Shown here piece by piece: positions 62,431-64,000 of a DNA stretch of 64,000 nt. The translations under genes were made by a program, and so were the position numbers. The notes beneath the pieces were generated by a model, which worked only from the letters and a program-made list of their open reading frames with translations, was not told the DNA's origin and did no database searches. Source of the DNA: Antechinus flavipes (lineage: Eukaryota); assembly GCF_016432865.1 (NCBI RefSeq), contig NC_067400.1:612932001-612996000 (forward strand). The letters are read 5' to 3'. How positions within the stretch are numbered: the stretch's first letter is position 1; each line of letters begins with the position of its first letter.

Positions 62431-64000
62431 AAAGTGCCAAAGCAAGATTTTCAAGTATAGTGGAGCATATTCCTTAATTGGGATGATCTGAAAGATCTGG
62501 GGCTATTTGTTGTATTTCTTTCATAAAAGCAATAAAAATGTTTTGCAAATATTGTTTATTTTTTTATCATTTTAAACCTTTTTTTTTTGGGGGGGGGCAG
62601 ATGTTTCATAATGTACATTATATATTCTCATAGATTCACAGAATTTCAGAGCTGAAAGGGACTTCAGTGTCCGTCCATTGCAACCCATACATGAAAGGAG
62701 GCCCTGCTTTGAGAAAAGATACATAGTTTGCATAAATAAATAAATATTACTTAGACTGGAGATGTGTGTTTGGGAGGCTCGAAAGGCCCTTACAACATAG
62801 CTCACATGCCTCTTCTAGGAAGATTTCCCAATGCTTGGCACGTGGAAATGATTAATTATCTGCTGATTGAGCGAATGTGGAGAAAGACAGCTCCCCATCA
62901 ATGCCCACGGGCCCCTCTTGGAGCCTCTCCTCTGGGCCGCTCATTTGTTGGTTCATTCATTCAGCAAGCATTTATCCAGCCCTTCCCGTGTGTCAGGCTC
63001 TGAATAAACACATGAGCTATTTGAATGACATTGGTCACGATAAAGCGCATTCCCCGGTGTGAATCATGATTTCCTCCCAGAAGCTCTGGGAGCAAGTTTG
63101 GGAGGTAAGGCAGGGATGGCTGATCCCTGTTTACAGATGTGGGGAAACTGAGGCTTGGGGAAAGGGACTTGGGGGAGAAGAGCAGCTCGGTATAACAGAA
63201 AAGTCACCGGGGGTTAGACTGGAGGACCTCTGAGGACCGTTTCCTAACCAGCGCCAGGCCTAGTCAGAACCAGCGGGAACCTCAGAATTGTCCCGTGGAC
63301 AGACGGAGATATTGAAGAGCTCGATCTTGGAGGCTGGGGGATGAGGAAGCAAGAAGGACTCTGGAACCGGGAGACCTTCCGCAGGAGAGGGGATTCCCAG
63401 AAATCTTATTTGATTCCTGCTTGTTGTGCAGGTGAGGAAATGGAGGCCCAGAGGGAAGGACCGAGGTGACACAGAAAGCGCACTCTTGCATCATTCTGCT
63501 GTTCTAAGCCTTCACCAACGGCTCCAGTTGGTACCACCGGAGTGCTTCAGATACCGGTAGGTCTGAAAACGAGGGACGCTGGGGCCGGAAGCCCTCCACC
63601 AGGGCATCGTGGGGAAGGGACCTGTTTGCTGATCCACTGAACCTCTTTCTGCTAGTGTCGGAGCTGAACTTGGTGGGAAGCAGGCCTGCCCGACACAGCC
63701 TCAGGCCGGGGTAAAAGTGGGGAGCTTCTTTCGGGCAAGAATAACCAGATGCTTAACCATTGGGCAGAACCTTCTGGCCACCTGCTCGTACAGCGCTGGC
63801 ACGGCGCCCCTTCCCTTAGGGGGCCCACGTTCTGTAGATGAATGACATAAAAACGTATTGTCACGATGGTCAGGAGCCACGTCATTGTCCTTGTCTTGGT
63901 TGAGAGTGGGGGTTGAAAGTCCCAGGTTCGAGTCTCCCCTTAGTAAGTCCAAGCTCTATAACTCTGGGCTCCTGGGAAATACTGGAGCAGTTGCTGATCT

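Overview
Mammalian genomic DNA, very probably marsupial (the CORE-SINE and L1 3' ends look dasyurid-like). It is syntenic with human 19q13.2 but reversed: IFN-lambda cluster (+), SYCN (+), NCCRP1 (-), PAK4 (-). The first ~30.7 kb is a head-to-tail array of ~7.9-kb units, each carrying a 5-exon IFN-lambda (IFNL2/3-type) gene. Copies 1 and 2 are intact (191 aa, two amino-acid differences). Copy 3 has three lesions or changes: a 6,075-bp sense-oriented, apparently non-autonomous gammaretrovirus-like ERV in intron 1, a 1-bp deletion in exon 4, and a ~32-copy 62-bp minisatellite downstream. The ERV has two 538-bp LTRs in which I see no difference by eye, a 4-bp TSD and a perfect tRNA-Pro PBS. The most striking signal is that its U3 carries two STAT GAS motifs 10 bp apart plus an overlapping ISRE-like site. 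That is a candidate interferon-inducible LTR inside an interferon gene, and its leader can in principle splice in-frame onto IFNL exon 2. Copy 3 also has a perfect ISRE, an AU-rich-element-laden 3' UTR and the helix-A Lys-Asp motif, all of which the two intact copies lack. The GC-rich right half holds SYCN, six-exon NCCRP1, eight coding exons of PAK4 with a CpG-island first exon bearing a uORF, plus L1 and SINE insertions. All gene models were derived by hand from splice signals and remembered protein homology. No database search was run.
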